A stretch of DNA of 24,174 nt from positions 1 to 24,174 of the forward strand of contig NW_021836632.1 of assembly GCF_006345805.1 (NCBI RefSeq), given 5' to 3'. Source of the DNA: Octopus sinensis (lineage: Eukaryota). The translations under genes were made by a program, and so were the position numbers. Below, in pieces: positions 1 through 10,289 of this stretch; the first letter of the stretch is position 1, and every line of letters starts with the position of its first letter. The notes under the pieces are model-generated. The model saw nothing but the letters and a program-made list of their open reading frames with translations, was not told the origin of the DNA and did not search any database.

Positions 1-92
1 TTTCGGGATCGATAATTAATTACCAGTTACGCACTGGGGTCGATATAATCTACTTCCTAAAAATTTCGGGCTTTGTGTCTAGATTAGTAAAG
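1..92 (+). mobile_element. SINE family A, 3' fragment cut by the window edge
   Basis: tttcgggatcgataattaattaccagttacgcactggggtcgatataatc matches the central domain of the family A copies at 5150-5381 and 21264-21477; it is followed by a divergent tail. Confidence 0.7.
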
Positions 93-420
93 AACGTAAA
101 ACATTTGGTAAACTTATAAATAATTTAACTAAGAATGAGGTAATCATACTAATATTTATTATCGAACTTCCTGGTGTATGTATAATTAGAGCACAATTGT
201 CGATACAAAGTTTCATAATTTGCACCAATCACATATAATGTCTTCTTCAGTTTGTAAACATATACTAAACCAATAAAGATGATATGTGCAATGTTTATCA
301 CTGATGTAATGCCACCGTTTTGTAAGCAAGATGTACACTATATGTTATAGAAGAAGCAGCTGTAAGCTGATAAAATTTATTACATAAAATTTGGTTTTTC
401 CTGTGTCATCACGTTGTTAA

Positions 421-541
421 GTATATATATATATATGGTGCATATATATATACATACATAGATATATGCATATGCATGTATATGTATATGTATGTGTGTA
501 TGAGTGTATGTGTGTGTGTTGTGTGTGTGTGTGTGTGTGTG

Positions 542-573
<32 letters not shown>

Positions 574-732
574 CTTTGTGATGGTGTTTCTCTCCGACCA
601 CAACTTCAGAAGGGACGTTGGTGTGTTTACGAACTAGTAATATAACGGCGTTCCACAACGCCCTCAGTTTAACGGCTGCAACAAGTAGAATAAAGAATAA
701 TATCAGTATGCATGTATGCATGTATGTATACG

Positions 733-798
<66 letters not shown>

Positions 799-810
799 AT
801 GTATGTATCT
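421..810. repeat. Compound microsatellites (TA)n/(TG)n/(TATG)n with a short unique spacer at 573-708
   Basis: Directly visible; explains ORFs 380..847, 409..603 and 618..863. Confidence 0.95.
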
Positions 811-999
811 TCGTGTTTCTCAGTGTCCCTTCACAAAGGGAAGACATAGTACTCAGTACCTGATTCGGTGTTTATAGTTATTAAGAGTCAGTTTATGATT
901 CATTTTGTCGATTTTCAGTGCTATACGCTATGGCTTATTTAAATGCTTCAGACTAAACAGATTAATACACACAGGTACACACTAGTATGAAAATACATA

Positions 1000-1122
1000 C
1001 ATTCATGCATAGACACACGCACACATATATTCGTATATACACGAAGATGGATATCCGCTCACACACACACACACGTACACACACGCACATATAATATATA
1101 TACTGTATATTTATATATATAT

Positions 1123-1155
<33 letters not shown>

Positions 1156-1455
1156 ACCTCACACATACATGTTATAAAGATACATAAATAGATACATAGA
1201 TAGATAAATAGATAGATAGATAGACAGACAGAGAGAAAGATAGATAGATAGATAGATAGAAAGAAAGAAAGAAAGAAAGGAAGAAAGAAAGAAAAGATAG
1301 GAAACGAATATATTTGTGCGTAAATAACATTCAATTTATTTTCTAACATATATATATGTGTGTGTGTGCGTGTGTGTGTATGTATAAGTGCGTGTGCGTG
1401 CACGTGTGTGTGTGTGCGTGTATGTTGATGTTTACGTATGAATGTATGTATATAT
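1000..1455. repeat. Compound microsatellite (CA)n-(TA)n-(TAGA)n-(GAAA)n-(TG)n
   Basis: Directly visible. Confidence 0.95.
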
Positions 1456-1899
1456 GTTTATATTTATATATAGGTATATTAATAGTGATAACAAATGCAA
1501 TGTTAAATAAAGTTAATTAGAGCCGCCATGTCTTTTGAGTGAATCAATTACGTCAGTATTCTGAAAATAAAATGGATATCATTAATTTCCTAAGTATCAG
1601 CGACTGCGACATTTCCACTGATTCAGCTATTGACCTTTATCTTAATTCTACATATTCACTCTTATATGTCAGGTCAACTAACACTCCACAAAGGCAACAA
1701 TGAATGCACGACATGCAGCGTGGCGTGGTGGATGGGGGGGGGGCTTAAAAAAGACAACAAACTGAAACTTCCCAGTCTAAACATTATATTATTGATAAAG
1801 TTTAAACAGCATGTAAATTAATGCAGTCCCGATTTTACAAACAGTTGTGATATAAGCTGATTTTGTATGGGATGTTTTTTCGTCCATTCTCTATTGTGT

Positions 1900-1960
1900 G
1901 TTTATGTATGTTTGTGTGTCTGGTTGTGTGTGTGTCCGTCTGTCTGTTTGAAAGCATCCA

Positions 1961-2007
<47 letters not shown>

Positions 2008-2036
2008 GTGTATAGTATATATATATACATATCTAC

Positions 2037-2068
<32 letters not shown>

Positions 2069-2240
2069 TATCTACGTATGTACATATATATAAAATGTTC
2101 ATAGTATATATATATATATATAAACACATATATAGAACACGTAGGTATATTACGTATATTCATGCATATATATATATATATATATATTATATGTATGTAT
2201 GTATATGTATATAACATATAAATATATATTTATATATGAA
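1900..2240. repeat. Compound (TG)n/(TA)n/(TATG)n microsatellite
   Basis: Directly visible. Confidence 0.95.
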
Positions 2241-3147
2241 TGAATGTTCTCTTTCAATTTAGTTTCCTTTCATTTTTTATCGGTGGTGGGGGATTGGCAT
2301 TCATTAATGATAAATCAAAATGGTCGTTTATTTTTTCGTTCTTACAATAGCCGTTTAACAATCCATGTTCTTAAATTCAACTATATTTTGTCCTGCTTTT
2401 GATAAAATATTTTTTTCAGCTTCACTTAATACACTGGAAAAAATCTTAGGTTTTGATATTACCTTAAAATTTCCGTCATCCGAGGCCATTTTCAGTTTCG
2501 AGGAGTGTGAAATTATCAAACAATGCACGATTATTTGTTTGTTATATTATTTTTTGTCATTATATTCATGCGTAGCCACTGGTATGTTTATTATCGGTAT
2601 AATGTGAATAAATTTATTATTGGCGTAATCATCTACGTTAAGTAAAATATACCGAATATTATTTTTACCTAGGTTTTTTGTTAATTACTGTTTTATTTAT
2701 CAATAGAGATTAATTTTCCAAACCATGCGGCTGATAGTGGATACTTGCTACTGATGATACCCAAAGAAGAAGAAATCAAGACATAGCAATTCAACCCCCA
2801 CTGTTGTATGATTTTTGTCTACTACTGGTGTACTTCGCTGCGTTTTAATGCTATAAATTTATACGAAAAGATTTTTGCAGACGAATATTGCAGTTTACTG
2901 GATTTCTATATATATATGCAAGTTAATTAAAATATACGGGGATTGCTATTACAAATAGAAAACAACAATTGCTTCAACAGACGAGTATATATCAAGAATC
3001 TTGTAAATCAAATACAAAAATGAAAATTAATAGTTGATAGATCCTGGAAAGTATTTAGATTTTAATTGTACTATATTTATTTCAGCAGAAGTTTGACCAT
3101 AAACAACTGACGTGGAATCAAACAAACATCTTTAAAGATATGAAATA

Positions 3148-3302
3148 ATTGTTACAAATTTTTGCCACATGGTCACAAATTTTGGAGGAGGAGGTGAGTC
3201 GATTATATTGACCCAGTGTTTCACTGGTACTTTTCGACCCCGAAAGGATGAAAAGGAAAGTCAACGTCGGCAGAATTTGAACTCAGAAAGTAGCGAAATA
3301 CC
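3148..3302 (-). mobile_element. SINE family A, headless unit with tail variant B
   Basis: B-box and central domain (cgaccccgaaaggatg, gaatttgaactcagaa on the + strand). The tail matches aaattttggcacaaggccagc-type tails at 5911 and 9185. Joined directly to the 3' end of the next copy at gaaatacc|tatttc. Confidence 0.8.
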
Positions 3303-3533
3303 TATTTCTTTACTACCCACAAGGGGCTACACAGAGGGGACAAACAAGGAGAGACAAAGGAGTTAAGTCAATTACATCGACCCCAGTGCGTAACTGGTAC
3401 TTAATTTATCGACCCCGAAAGGATAAGAGGCAAAGTCAACCTCGGCGGAATTTCAACTCAGAACGTTACGTCAGACAAGATACCGCTAAGCATTTCGCCG
3501 GGCGTGCTAACTATTCTGCCAGCTCGCCGCCTT
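3303..3533 (-). mobile_element. SINE family A, full length, tail variant A
   Basis: On the minus strand: head aaggcggcgagctggcagaatagttagcac (A-box-like), gagttgaaattcc (B-box-like), central gcctcttatcctttcggggtcgataaattaagtacc, tail ccccttgtgggtagtaaagaaata. Possible relation to the published octopus tRNA-derived SINEs (OK/OR1/OR2) not resolved. Confidence 0.9.
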
Positions 3534-4008
3534 AGATATACGTATTAATGACAATACAAAATGACTAACACTGTAATCTGTGTATTCGTCTTCCAAATAA
3601 AGCATTTATTTTCTTGTCTCACAAAAACAAATGTCTTGCAAAATATCTTTTGGGCGACGTACAATAGTTGGCTGTTTTCACAAATTCAAATTTTTTCGAA
3701 TATTTATTTAGATGTTAATATACATACGATATTTTTCCGCTTACACATGGAAAACACCTTGCTCCTGTTACAAACATCAACATTTTCACCTAGAGGGACT
3801 TTTACGTATGAATAAAACAAACCATTCTGCCATAAAGATAAATTTCTAACTTACTGTTTTCTATTGTAGATGTTGCTAGAGCGATTATTCATCAATTTAC
3901 CTGTATTGACTAGAGGGCGATTTAAATGACGCCATCATTTTTACATTCACAGTCAACTACACTGTATGAAAGAAGACAGCTAAAGATTACCAATAAAATG
4001 TGGAAAGC

Positions 4009-4215
4009 CGGACCATGTTAGCACCAAAAATTATTTACATGAAAAAGGTGCTTTTTTTCTATGAAAATTCCTATTTCTTACTATTTTTCGACTGCTGTGT
4101 CGCCATTTTCACTTAAAGAGAATAACAAGCTACATAACGCACAATTTTTACTTTTCAAACATTCCAAGTCTAAAGGGTCGAAACAAACCCGAGCAACGCT
4201 GGGCGATACTGCTAG
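4009..4215 (+). mobile_element. Helitron 3' terminal segment (probably non-autonomous); left boundary uncertain
   Basis: Subterminal GC-rich hairpin cccgagc-aac-gctggg (4188-4203), 8 nt spacer, then CTAG (4212-4215) followed by T. This is the canonical Helitron 3' signature. No TC 5' end identified. Confidence 0.7.
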
Positions 4216-4485
4216 TACTTGAAATTACTGTTATTCTAGAAAATGAGCACTCGAGTAAATGCTTTGATGAACATTCTAGTATAGTTCCCTCTATCAAGAC
4301 CTTTACATGTGTCACGCGGTTTTTCCTGCGCATTGTTTCTTTGTTTTGCTTCCTGTTAGTCATAAATCATTTTATTCTAGCGGATTCTTTTTCGAACGGC
4401 TACGCCCTGGAACTTACCTATTTATTACTACCCACAAGGGGCTAAACACAGAATGGACGAAGAAGGACAGACAAACGGATTAAGT
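4216..4485 (+). repeat. Dispersed duplication, copy 1 (partner 7725-7990)
   Basis: tacttgaaattactgttattctagaaaatgagcac...cggctacgccctggaacttacc plus the adjoining SINE tail aligns by eye at roughly 90-93% to 7725-7990. Confidence 0.9.
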
Positions 4486-4912
4486 CGATTATATCTATTT
4501 CTTTATTACCCACAAGGGGCTAAACATTGAGGGGACAGACAAGAACAGACAAACGGATTAAGTCGATTACATCGACCCCAGTGTGTAACTGGTAGTTAAT
4601 TTATCGACCCCGAAAGGATGAAAGGCAAAGTCGACCTCGGCGGAATTTGAACTCAGAACATAACGTCAGACGAAATACCTATTTCTTTATTACCCACAAG
4701 GGGCTAAACACAGAGGGGACAAACAAGGACAGGCATAGGTATTAAGTCGATTACATCGACCCCAGTGTGTAACTGGTACTTAATTTATCGACCCCGAAAG
4801 GATGAAAGGCAATGTCGACCTCGGCGGAATTTGAACTCAGAACGTAACGTCAGACGAAATACCGCTAAGCATTTCGCCCGGCGTGCTAACATTTCTGCCA
4901 GCTCGCCGCCTT
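4419..4912 (-). mobile_element. Compound SINE family A insertion: full copy (4680-4912) + headless unit (4496-4679) + tail-only unit (4419-4494), flanked by one 18-bp TSD
   Basis: Perfect direct repeat tacgccctggaacttacc at 4401-4418 and 4913-4930; three consecutive tail-A sequences (cccacaaggggctaaac) inside. Confidence 0.9.
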
Positions 4913-5149
4913 TACGCCCTGGAACTTACCATCATCATCATGTTTTCCTCTCGTCTATGATATTCAATTCCTAAATTTTTCTGATAGTCGACATCTTTTG
5001 AATTTGTATATTCGTTCTTCCCCTTTCCCTGTATATTCGCCTCGAACTTTCCTTGGAACAATGTCAGTAAAGTAAAAGTATCAGGCAATTTTTCTTGCTG
5101 TGCCTTCAGAATATTTTCCCAGATATATAATAAATTCAATATTTAAAGG

Positions 5150-5381
5150 AAGGCGGCGAGCTGGCAGAAACGTTAGCACGCCGGCGAAATGCTTTGCGGT
5201 ACTTCGTCCGCCACTGCGTTCTGAGTTCAAATTTCGCCGAGGTCGACTTTGCCTTTCATCCTTTCAGGGTCGATAAATTAAGTACTAGTTACGCACTGGG
5301 GTCGATGTAATCGACTTAATCAGTTTGTCTGTTCTTGTTTGTCCTCTCTGTGTTTAGCCCCTTGTGGGTAGTAAAGAAATA
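5150..5381 (+). mobile_element. SINE family A, full length, tail variant A
   Basis: aaggcggcgagctggcagaaacgttagcac...gagttcaaatttcgccgaggtcgactttgcctttcatcc...gggtagtaaagaaata; aatatttaa on both sides (5138-5146, 5382-5390). Confidence 0.9.
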
Positions 5382-5403
5382 AATATTTAATGTATAGTTT
5401 TCA

Positions 5404-5531
5404 GAAGTGAGCTGGCAGAATCGTTATCACTCCGAGCAAAATGCATAGTGGAATTTAGTCCGGGGGTCGATGTAATTGACTTACCCCCACCCAGTCCCAA
5501 ACTTGCTGGCCTTGTGTCAAAATTTGTAACC
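5404..5531 (+). mobile_element. SINE family A, tail variant B, internally deleted
   Basis: Head gagctggcagaatcgttatcac jumps to gggggtcgatgtaattgactt, then tail ttgctggccttgtgtcaaaatttgtaacc. Confidence 0.75.
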
Positions 5532-5547
5532 GGTATTTAATGTCTAG

Positions 5548-5845
5548 AAGGCTGTGAGTCAGTAGAATCGTTAGGACGCCGGATAAAATAACTAGCGACA
5601 TTTCGTCCGTCCTTACGTTCTGATGTCAAATTCAGCCTAGGTCGACTTTGCATTTAATCCTCTCGGGTTCGATAAAATATTTACTGGTTGAATACTGGGG
5701 TCAATGTAATCAATTTAACTTACTCTCTCTCTCTCTCACTTTCACTCTCTCTCTGTGGCTCTCTCTCTCTCTCTCTCTACTCACACACACACACACACAC
5801 ACATACACACACGAAATTGTTGACCATGTACCAACATTTGAAACC
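5548..5845 (+). mobile_element. SINE family A, diverged, tail variant B interrupted by (CT)n(CA)n
   Basis: Head aaggctgtgagtcagtagaatcgttag, central ggtcgactttgcatttaatcc; flanked by the perfect 14-bp repeat tatttaatgtctag (5534-5547, 5848-5861). Confidence 0.8.
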
Positions 5846-5910
5846 AATATTTAATGTCTAGCAGATATTAAATAATAACTTCATGAAGAACACAAGGATC
5901 TTACATATAG

Positions 5911-6044
5911 ATTTCAAAGTTTGGCACAAGGCCAGCAGTTATCGACCCCGAAAGGATGAAGGGCATAGTCAACCTCGGCGGAATTTAAACTCAGAACGTA
6001 ATGACGGACGAAATGTCGCTAGGCATTTTGCAGCTCACCACCTT
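5911..6044 (-). mobile_element. SINE family A, tail variant B, with internal deletions
   Basis: ttggcacaaggccagcag...atcgaccccgaaaggatg...aactcagaacg...cagctcaccacctt on the + strand. Confidence 0.8.
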
Positions 6045-6377
6045 TACGACTTGATGTAGTACAACAAGTCATTGACCGTTGGCGCATTCGTAAAAAAAGA
6101 ATTCTGATGATCACCTGTAATTAGAACAGACGTAATTGGGAATCGATGAAACAAACTGACGTACGTACACTGCGAGGGTGTCTTTACGGACCCACAACGG
6201 ACACCTGCGTTTAACTCTATCTATTTATATATATTATACAAAATATTTCCCGTAAGCCCATAGATTCTACCTTTAAAAACAAGGAGTTACACCCTTTTTA
6301 TTTATGTGACTTTTTGCCACCCTGGTAACTACTTAACTATTTTTTTCCGTGTTAATTGTTAACAAGGGAAAAATAGA

Positions 6378-6403
6378 CACAAATACATACATACATACAT
6401 ACA

Positions 6404-6437
<34 letters not shown>

Positions 6438-6468
6438 CATACATATATATATATATACATATATATAC

Positions 6469-6511
<43 letters not shown>

Positions 6512-6595
6512 ATAATATATATATATTATATATATATATATAATATATATATATATATATACAAATATATATATATATATATTATTTATATAAAA
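6378..6595. repeat. (CATA)n-(TA)n microsatellite
   Basis: Directly visible. Confidence 0.95.
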
Positions 6596-7193
6596 GCAAA
6601 CGCACCCGTCCTTTGGTGGTATAATTTATTATAATGTTGCACACCTCAGGACGGTTTAAGTGGAATTATCCCGATGTTAGAATTCGTTTCAAGTTCGTAG
6701 GCATAAAACGTATAATTACCAATTCTGTTTGCAATTTATTATATGGTATTAAGCAACCTAGGCAATGAATAAAGTATTTTGAAACAGCAATTTAGTAGGT
6801 AGAAATAAATGGAAAGTCCCTGAAATGAGATCACATTTCATTAGGGATCCTATATCATACCTGAAGCGTTTCGTAGCATGTAGTTTTTTTTACTTGTAAT
6901 GCCTGACACAATCATATTGAAGCTTTTTTCAATGAGAGTCGTGTATGATAAACAAAAGCAAACATTTGTAGCAAACACACAAATAGAATAATGGCATGTA
7001 CAAAAATAAATGTCAGAGCACGCTTATGAGTGCACAGCGTGCGTGAAGTAAGAAGAGTCGTTGTAAAAAAAATATTGTACTGTTAACAGCAATCACGGAA
7101 ATGAAGCAAAATATTACATGAAATGCTCGTAGGAAGTCTGACTGCTTATGGCTACAGTTTGGTGTTGATGTGAAGATTGCAGTAGAAGAATAA

Positions 7194-7675
7194 TTACTGT
7201 AAGGCTGCTTTTTACACGACATTATTGGTTTTTTTGCTTCAGCAGCATAGATGAATAAGCTGTCTTGATGGCCAACTCCGGAACGACCGACATAGAACTG
7301 TCCATGGGAAAAGCATGACGGTCGAAGGTCCACTCCGTCTACTTTTAGCGACTGACCGTGTGCTTTGATAATTGCCATGGCGAAGCGGAGTTTGAGAGAG
7401 AACTGAAGTCTCCGCATACGGTAGGGGTGCTCTGTTGGGGTTAGAGGAATTTTCGGAATAAAAACAGTATCGCTTTTGCCGTGTCTCGTTATAATTTGGG
7501 CTTCAATGACGTGGTCCATCATTTGTTTGACCACAAAGCGAGTTCCCTTTCATGCTGTGGGTGCGATTAGGTTGCGTAGGAGGATGACTGGGCAACCGAC
7601 TTTTAAGTGAAGTTCATGGAGTGGGAGTCCTGGAAGATTTTAGGACTTGAGAAATTCTGCTGGAAAGTGTGTAAT
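7194..7675 (-). pseudogene. Helitron RepHel Pif1-like (SF1) helicase C-terminal fragment, disrupted
   Basis: One frame reads ITHFPAEFLKS*NLPGLPLHELHLKVGCPVILLRNLIAPTA*KGTRFVVKQMMDHVIEAQIITRHGKSDTVFIPKIPLTPTEHPYRMRRLQFSLKLRFAMAIIKAHGQSLKVDGVDLRPSCFSHGQFYVGRSGVG. This matches the Helitron helicase motifs YPxEFLNS, LKVGxPxxLLRN, CNGTR, IPRIP, RxQFP, AMTINKSQGQS and FSHGQLYVAxSRV. Stops at 7640-7642 and 7550-7552; a frameshift near the end gives TNNVV*KAALQ* (stop 7194-7196). Confidence 0.9.
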
Positions 7676-7724
7676 CTGATAGAGAAAGTTTGTCGAGAAT
7701 ATATGAATATATCCAAACCAATAA

Positions 7725-7990
7725 TACTTCAAATTACTGTTATTCTAGAAAATGAGCACTTGAGTAAATACTTTGATGAACATTGTAGTATAGTTCCCTC
7801 TGTCAAGACATTTACATGTGTCACGCGGTTTTCCTCCCCGGCGCATTGTTTCTTTGTTTTGCTTCCTGTTAGTCATAAATCATTTTATTCTAACGGTCTC
7901 CTTTTTCGAACGGCTACGCCCTGGAACTTACCTATTTCTTTACTACCCACAAGGGGCTAAACACAGAGTGGATGAACAAGGACAGACAGA
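7725..7990 (+). repeat. Dispersed duplication, copy 2 (partner 4216-4485), including the same SINE-A tail junction at 7933
   Basis: Same tacgccctggaacttacc|tatttc junction (7915-7932) and a shared tail variant (cacaga-tgga-gaa) not seen in the other copies. Confidence 0.9.
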
Positions 7991-8560
7991 TAACGGTTGT
8001 CAACTGATCTGTAACAACCTTCTTGAGAAGGTCGTTTACGGGGTAAGTCGTGGTTAAGAGAGGTGACAGCTGCATTTGTAGGTGCAGGAACAGTCATGTG
8101 CTAACGTACAAATATCGGCAGTTTGCAGTTGGAGTTGTAAAAGCTGTATAAATGTCACAACTTCGTATGAGTAAAAGCATAGAACATAAATATATATAAT
8201 ATGGATTAATTTCCGCAGGAATATCAAAAATAATTAAATGTTCATTTAAATTACTTGGCTACCTCAAGGCAATGCTAGTCTGCAAATATCGGTGGTTCAT
8301 TGTAAGTGGGCATTGTAAAAACTGTAGTAGAAGACGAAGTGGAGGAAGCATAACGAAGTCATCAAGAGTAGTGACCCTTGAAGCAACGATCGTTGGTATT
8401 TGTTGCTTACCTATGAGAAGGTGACCCCTATGGATGGCATTACTCATTACGTGGAAAAGTTTAAGTCTATGAGCATCACTGGAACATAAGTGATGTCGTT
8501 CCCAGCATGAACGAAATCGGATGCAAAATACTTATTTTAGGCAGGATGAAGAAAAGGCTT

Positions 8561-8782
8561 GTACACACACACACACACGCACACATACACACACGCACAC
8601 ACATACACACACATACACACACACGCACACACATACACACACACACTCATACACACGCACACACGTCTTCGTTTTTATTATAAGATATATATATATTATA
8701 TATATATATATATTATATATATATATATATATAGATATATATATATATATATATAACATATATATATATATATATAATATAT
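8561..8782. repeat. (CA)n-(TA)n microsatellite
   Basis: Directly visible. Confidence 0.95.
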
Positions 8783-8783
8783 A

Positions 8784-8934
8784 GTGGTTCTGTGGCAAGT
8801 AGCTTGCTACCAACCACATGGTTCTGGATTCAGTCCCACTGCGTGGCACCTTGGCAAGTGTATTTTACTATAGCCTCTGGCCGACCAAAGCCTTGTGAGT
8901 GGATTTGGTAAGCGGAAACTGAAAGAAGCCGTGT
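8784..8934 (+). mobile_element. SINE family C, 5' part
   Basis: tRNA-like head (gtggcaagtagcttgctaccaaccacatggttctggattcagtccc), CORE-like caccttggcaagtg, then aaagccttgtgagtggatttgg...gaaactgaaagaagcc; homologous to 21551-21700 (minus). Confidence 0.75.
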
Positions 8935-8977
8935 ATAATGTATATATATTATACTATATATATTATTAATAATATAT

Positions 8978-9169
8978 ACAACCCTGCAAGTTCGAAGGAG
9001 ATAGTGGTTTCATCGACCGCAGTGTTTAACTGGTTCTTATTTTATCGGTCCCGAAAAGATGAAAGGTAAATTCAATCCCATCGGAGTTTGAACTCACAAA
9101 GTATAGATGGAGGAAACGCCACTAAGCATTTTGCACAACCCAGTAACGATTCTCCCTGCTCACCGCCTT
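8978..9169 (-). mobile_element. SINE family A, old diverged copy
   Basis: catcgaccgcagtgtttaactgg...cccgaaaagatgaaagg...gtttgaactcac...ctgctcaccgcctt on the + strand. Confidence 0.75.
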
Positions 9170-9184
9170 ATGATGACCAAATAA

Positions 9185-9399
9185 TTGGTTCCAAATTTTG
9201 GCATAAGGCCAGCAGATTCTGGAGAGGGGTTGAGTTGATTACATCGAACCTAGCCCTCAACTGTGGCTTATGATATCGACCCCGAAATGATAAAAGGCAA
9301 AGTCGACCCCGGCAGAATGTGAAGTCAGAGTGAAAAGACGGATAAAACTCCGCTAATCATTTTGTCCTGCGCGGTAACCATTTCACGCACTCACCGATT
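9185..9399 (-). mobile_element. SINE family A, tail variant B, old diverged copy
   Basis: ccaaattttggcataaggccagcag...atcgaccccgaaatgataaaaggcaaagtcgacc...ctcaccgatt; degenerate flanking repeat atgatgaccaaataatt / atgacaaccaaaaaatt. Confidence 0.75.
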
Positions 9400-9644
9400 A
9401 ATGACAACCAAAAAATTAGTAGCCGTTAATTGGAATAGTCGTATTGTAATGCTTTTTCGTGTGTCGGTTTCTTGTACAACAAAAGTAACGTTTAACCTAG
9501 AATACTCAAAACTTGTCCTAGCTACACTTGCAATTTATGTATTCTGCTTCTGTTTCCGCGGACAGATCGACATCATTACATTCCCACACACTACATATAC
9601 ATACACTAAGTATTTAAGAATTTCCTTTGAGTTCTCATATTATC

Positions 9645-9745
9645 TCTCTCCTTCTCTCTTCCTTTCTCTTCCTCACTCTTCCTTTCTCTTTCTCTCTCTT
9701 CCTTTCTCTTCCTCTCTCTTCCTTTCTCTTCCTCTCTCTTTGTCT
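9645..9745. repeat. Polypyrimidine minisatellite of alternating 10-mers (cctttctctt / cctctctctt)
   Basis: Nine consecutive 10-mers at 9651-9740. Confidence 0.9.
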
Positions 9746-10289
9746 CTACATGCCATCCGTATTCTTCAAAGTTGAATGTAATATAAGAGACTATTTCTTT
9801 ACGGCATTGAAATTCTCATACAATTCAGACACTAAATGTTCTTGTTTTCTCTAACAGAATTTTCATGAAATCGATGAAACTGCAATACAGTAAGTGTAAA
9901 TGTTGAAATCTCTAATTTAACATGTATATATAAATATTATTGATTAAGTAGCTGTGTCTCTAATATCACTTAACATTTGATGAAATTAAATTCATTTTCG
10001 ATATATTTCTTTAATATCAAGAGAATTTATGATTGCTGCTGTCTTATTGCAAAGGCCATGGTATTTCGTTTACACATGAGATTTGGAGTGTTATACTGCA
10101 TTAAAGTGCACAAATACACACATAATCATCGTTATATATATATATATAATATATATACGTACATGCACAACTCTATCGTCAGTCAATCTACGTACACACA
10201 TACAAGGTTTCTCGTGAAAGTAATGTAAAAGATTACAGGTTCTTTTATAACTGATGTGAGAGTTTCACACTATTCATAATGGTGGAATA

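Noticed and set aside
573-700. Possible degraded 3' body of a family C SINE after the (TG)n tract
   Set aside because: Resemblance is from memory only; no second copy in the window to verify it.
5138-5861. Repeat-spacer-repeat pattern superficially like a CRISPR array
   Set aside because: Eukaryotic context, repeats only 9-16 bp, and the spacers are homologous SINE copies; explained as TSDs.
7013-7042. Hairpin gcacgct/agcgtgc as the 3' end of the minus-strand Helitron
   Set aside because: The nearest CTRR (CTGA) is only 1 nt from the stem rather than the usual ~8-12 nt; not supportable.
8219-8301. Candidate 83-nt plus-strand exon (ttccgcag|...|gtaagt); similar isolated splice-like signals at 3869 (+) and 12461-12485 (-)
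   Set aside because: No recognisable peptide and no consistent exon chain; such signals are common by chance.
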